Shown here one piece after another: positions 63,583 through 64,000 of a stretch of DNA of 64,000 bases (its first letter is position 1; the number at the start of each line of letters is the position of its first letter). The position numbers and the translations under genes are program-made. The notes under the pieces are model-generated. The model saw only the letters and a list, made by a program, of their open reading frames with translations, had not been told where the DNA came from and did no database searches. The stretch comes from an uncultured Sphingomonas sp. GTDB taxonomy: Bacteria; Pseudomonadota; Alphaproteobacteria; Sphingomonadales; Sphingomonadaceae. Where the stretch lies: NCBI GenBank assembly GCA_966186155.1, contig CBIFVW010000001.1, positions 3,543 to 67,542 on the forward strand, given 5' to 3'.

Positions 63583-63918
63583 ATGAGGGGCTGTGTGAGT
63601 TTCGGAACGGGAAATCTGGCTTATTCCGATCCCAGGCGCGAAGGACGCGACGACGTCCATTATCGCGCCCGCGCCTTCGGTCCCGATGCCCGGCAGCTCA
63701 CCTTCCTGATCGTCAATATCTCGCCGCACGGCCTGATGGCGCGCTGCGAGGATTGCTTCGAGATCGGCGACCGCATCCGCGTCGTGTTCCCGCATATCGG
63801 CTCGGTGGTCGCCGAGGTGCGCTGGTCGCTGGGCGGCCGTCTCGGCGCGCAGTTCGAGCGCGCGATCGATCTCGCCAGCTATTACGAGCTGGTCACCGCC
63901 ATGGTGAAGGCGAAATAG
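63583..63918 (+). CDS. single-domain PilZ protein
   Basis: 111 aa (a GTG at 63595 is an alternative start). It has RREGR (RxxxR) and NISPHG (NxSxxG), then AEVRWSLGGRLGAQFE. Confidence 0.8.
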   Translation: MRGCVSFGTGNLAYSDPRREGRDDVHYRARAFGPDARQLTFLIVNISPHGLMARCEDCFEIGDRIRVVFPHIGSVVAEVRWSLGGRLGAQFERAIDLASYYELVTAMVKAK

Positions 63919-63919
63919 C

Positions 63920-64000
63920 TCAGCCCGCCCTGAGCAGCGCCACCGCCGCATCCCGCTCGAACAGATAGAGCGCCAGCCGCGCCGCCTGGCCGCGCGCGCC
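63920..64000 (-). CDS. 3' end of an unidentified gene running out of the window
   Basis: The reverse frame is open from base 64000 to a TGA at 63920..63922 (…GQAARLALYLFERDAAVALLRAG*). Third positions are G/C-rich. It is too short to identify. Confidence 0.3.
   Translation of the reverse strand, partial: GARGQAARLALYLFERDAAVALLRAG

Overview
This is a 64-kb high-GC segment (roughly 65-70 % by eye) of an alphaproteobacterial chromosome. Several things suggest a Sphingomonas-like member of the Sphingomonadales. The synteny fits: tpiA/ppiD-trpE, trpG, trpD-trpC-moaC, moeA, lexA/comEC/gltX-gltA. There is also an RcdA homologue, a GTTC-N7-GTTC SOS box, a large TonB-dependent receptor and several PilZ genes. 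The taxon is inference only, because I could not run any search. I call about 62 protein-coding genes and one LysR gene remnant. I found no rRNA, tRNA, CRISPR array, transposase or integrase. All family assignments come from motifs recognised by eye in the supplied translations. Start codons were chosen by frame arithmetic plus RBS inspection and may be wrong by a few codons. Most of the window is housekeeping: serS, rimO, tpiA, trpEGDC, moaC, moeA, lexA, gltX, gltA, tyrS, dksA. The parts worth a second look are these. (1) A TonB-receptor-led operon carries two translationally coupled gamma-glutamyltransferase paralogs and a VOC protein, next to DadA-like, RidA and a YheO/DauR-type regulator. 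(2) A three-gene operon ends in a histidine-kinase-like protein whose phospho-acceptor His appears replaced by Arg (NTP-transferase-like membrane protein, DUF2336, pseudo-kinase). (3) A Ser/Gly-rich tandem-repeat protein has a PEP-CTERM-like tail, and its DNA is open on both strands. (4) A family of GC-rich composite palindromic intergenic repeats shows covarying inner hairpins. (5) A perfect EcfG-type promoter (GGAAC-N16-CGTT) sits in front of a small membrane protein. (6) A divergent TetR gene with a perfect palindrome faces a NamZ/DOMON operon. (7) There is a small extremely Arg/Trp/Tyr-rich secreted protein. (8) Unrelated genes have been inserted into the conserved trp-moa block, including a lower-GC patch. 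I did not see a recognisable defence, secretion or biosynthetic system. The most system-like unknowns are items 1 and 2.
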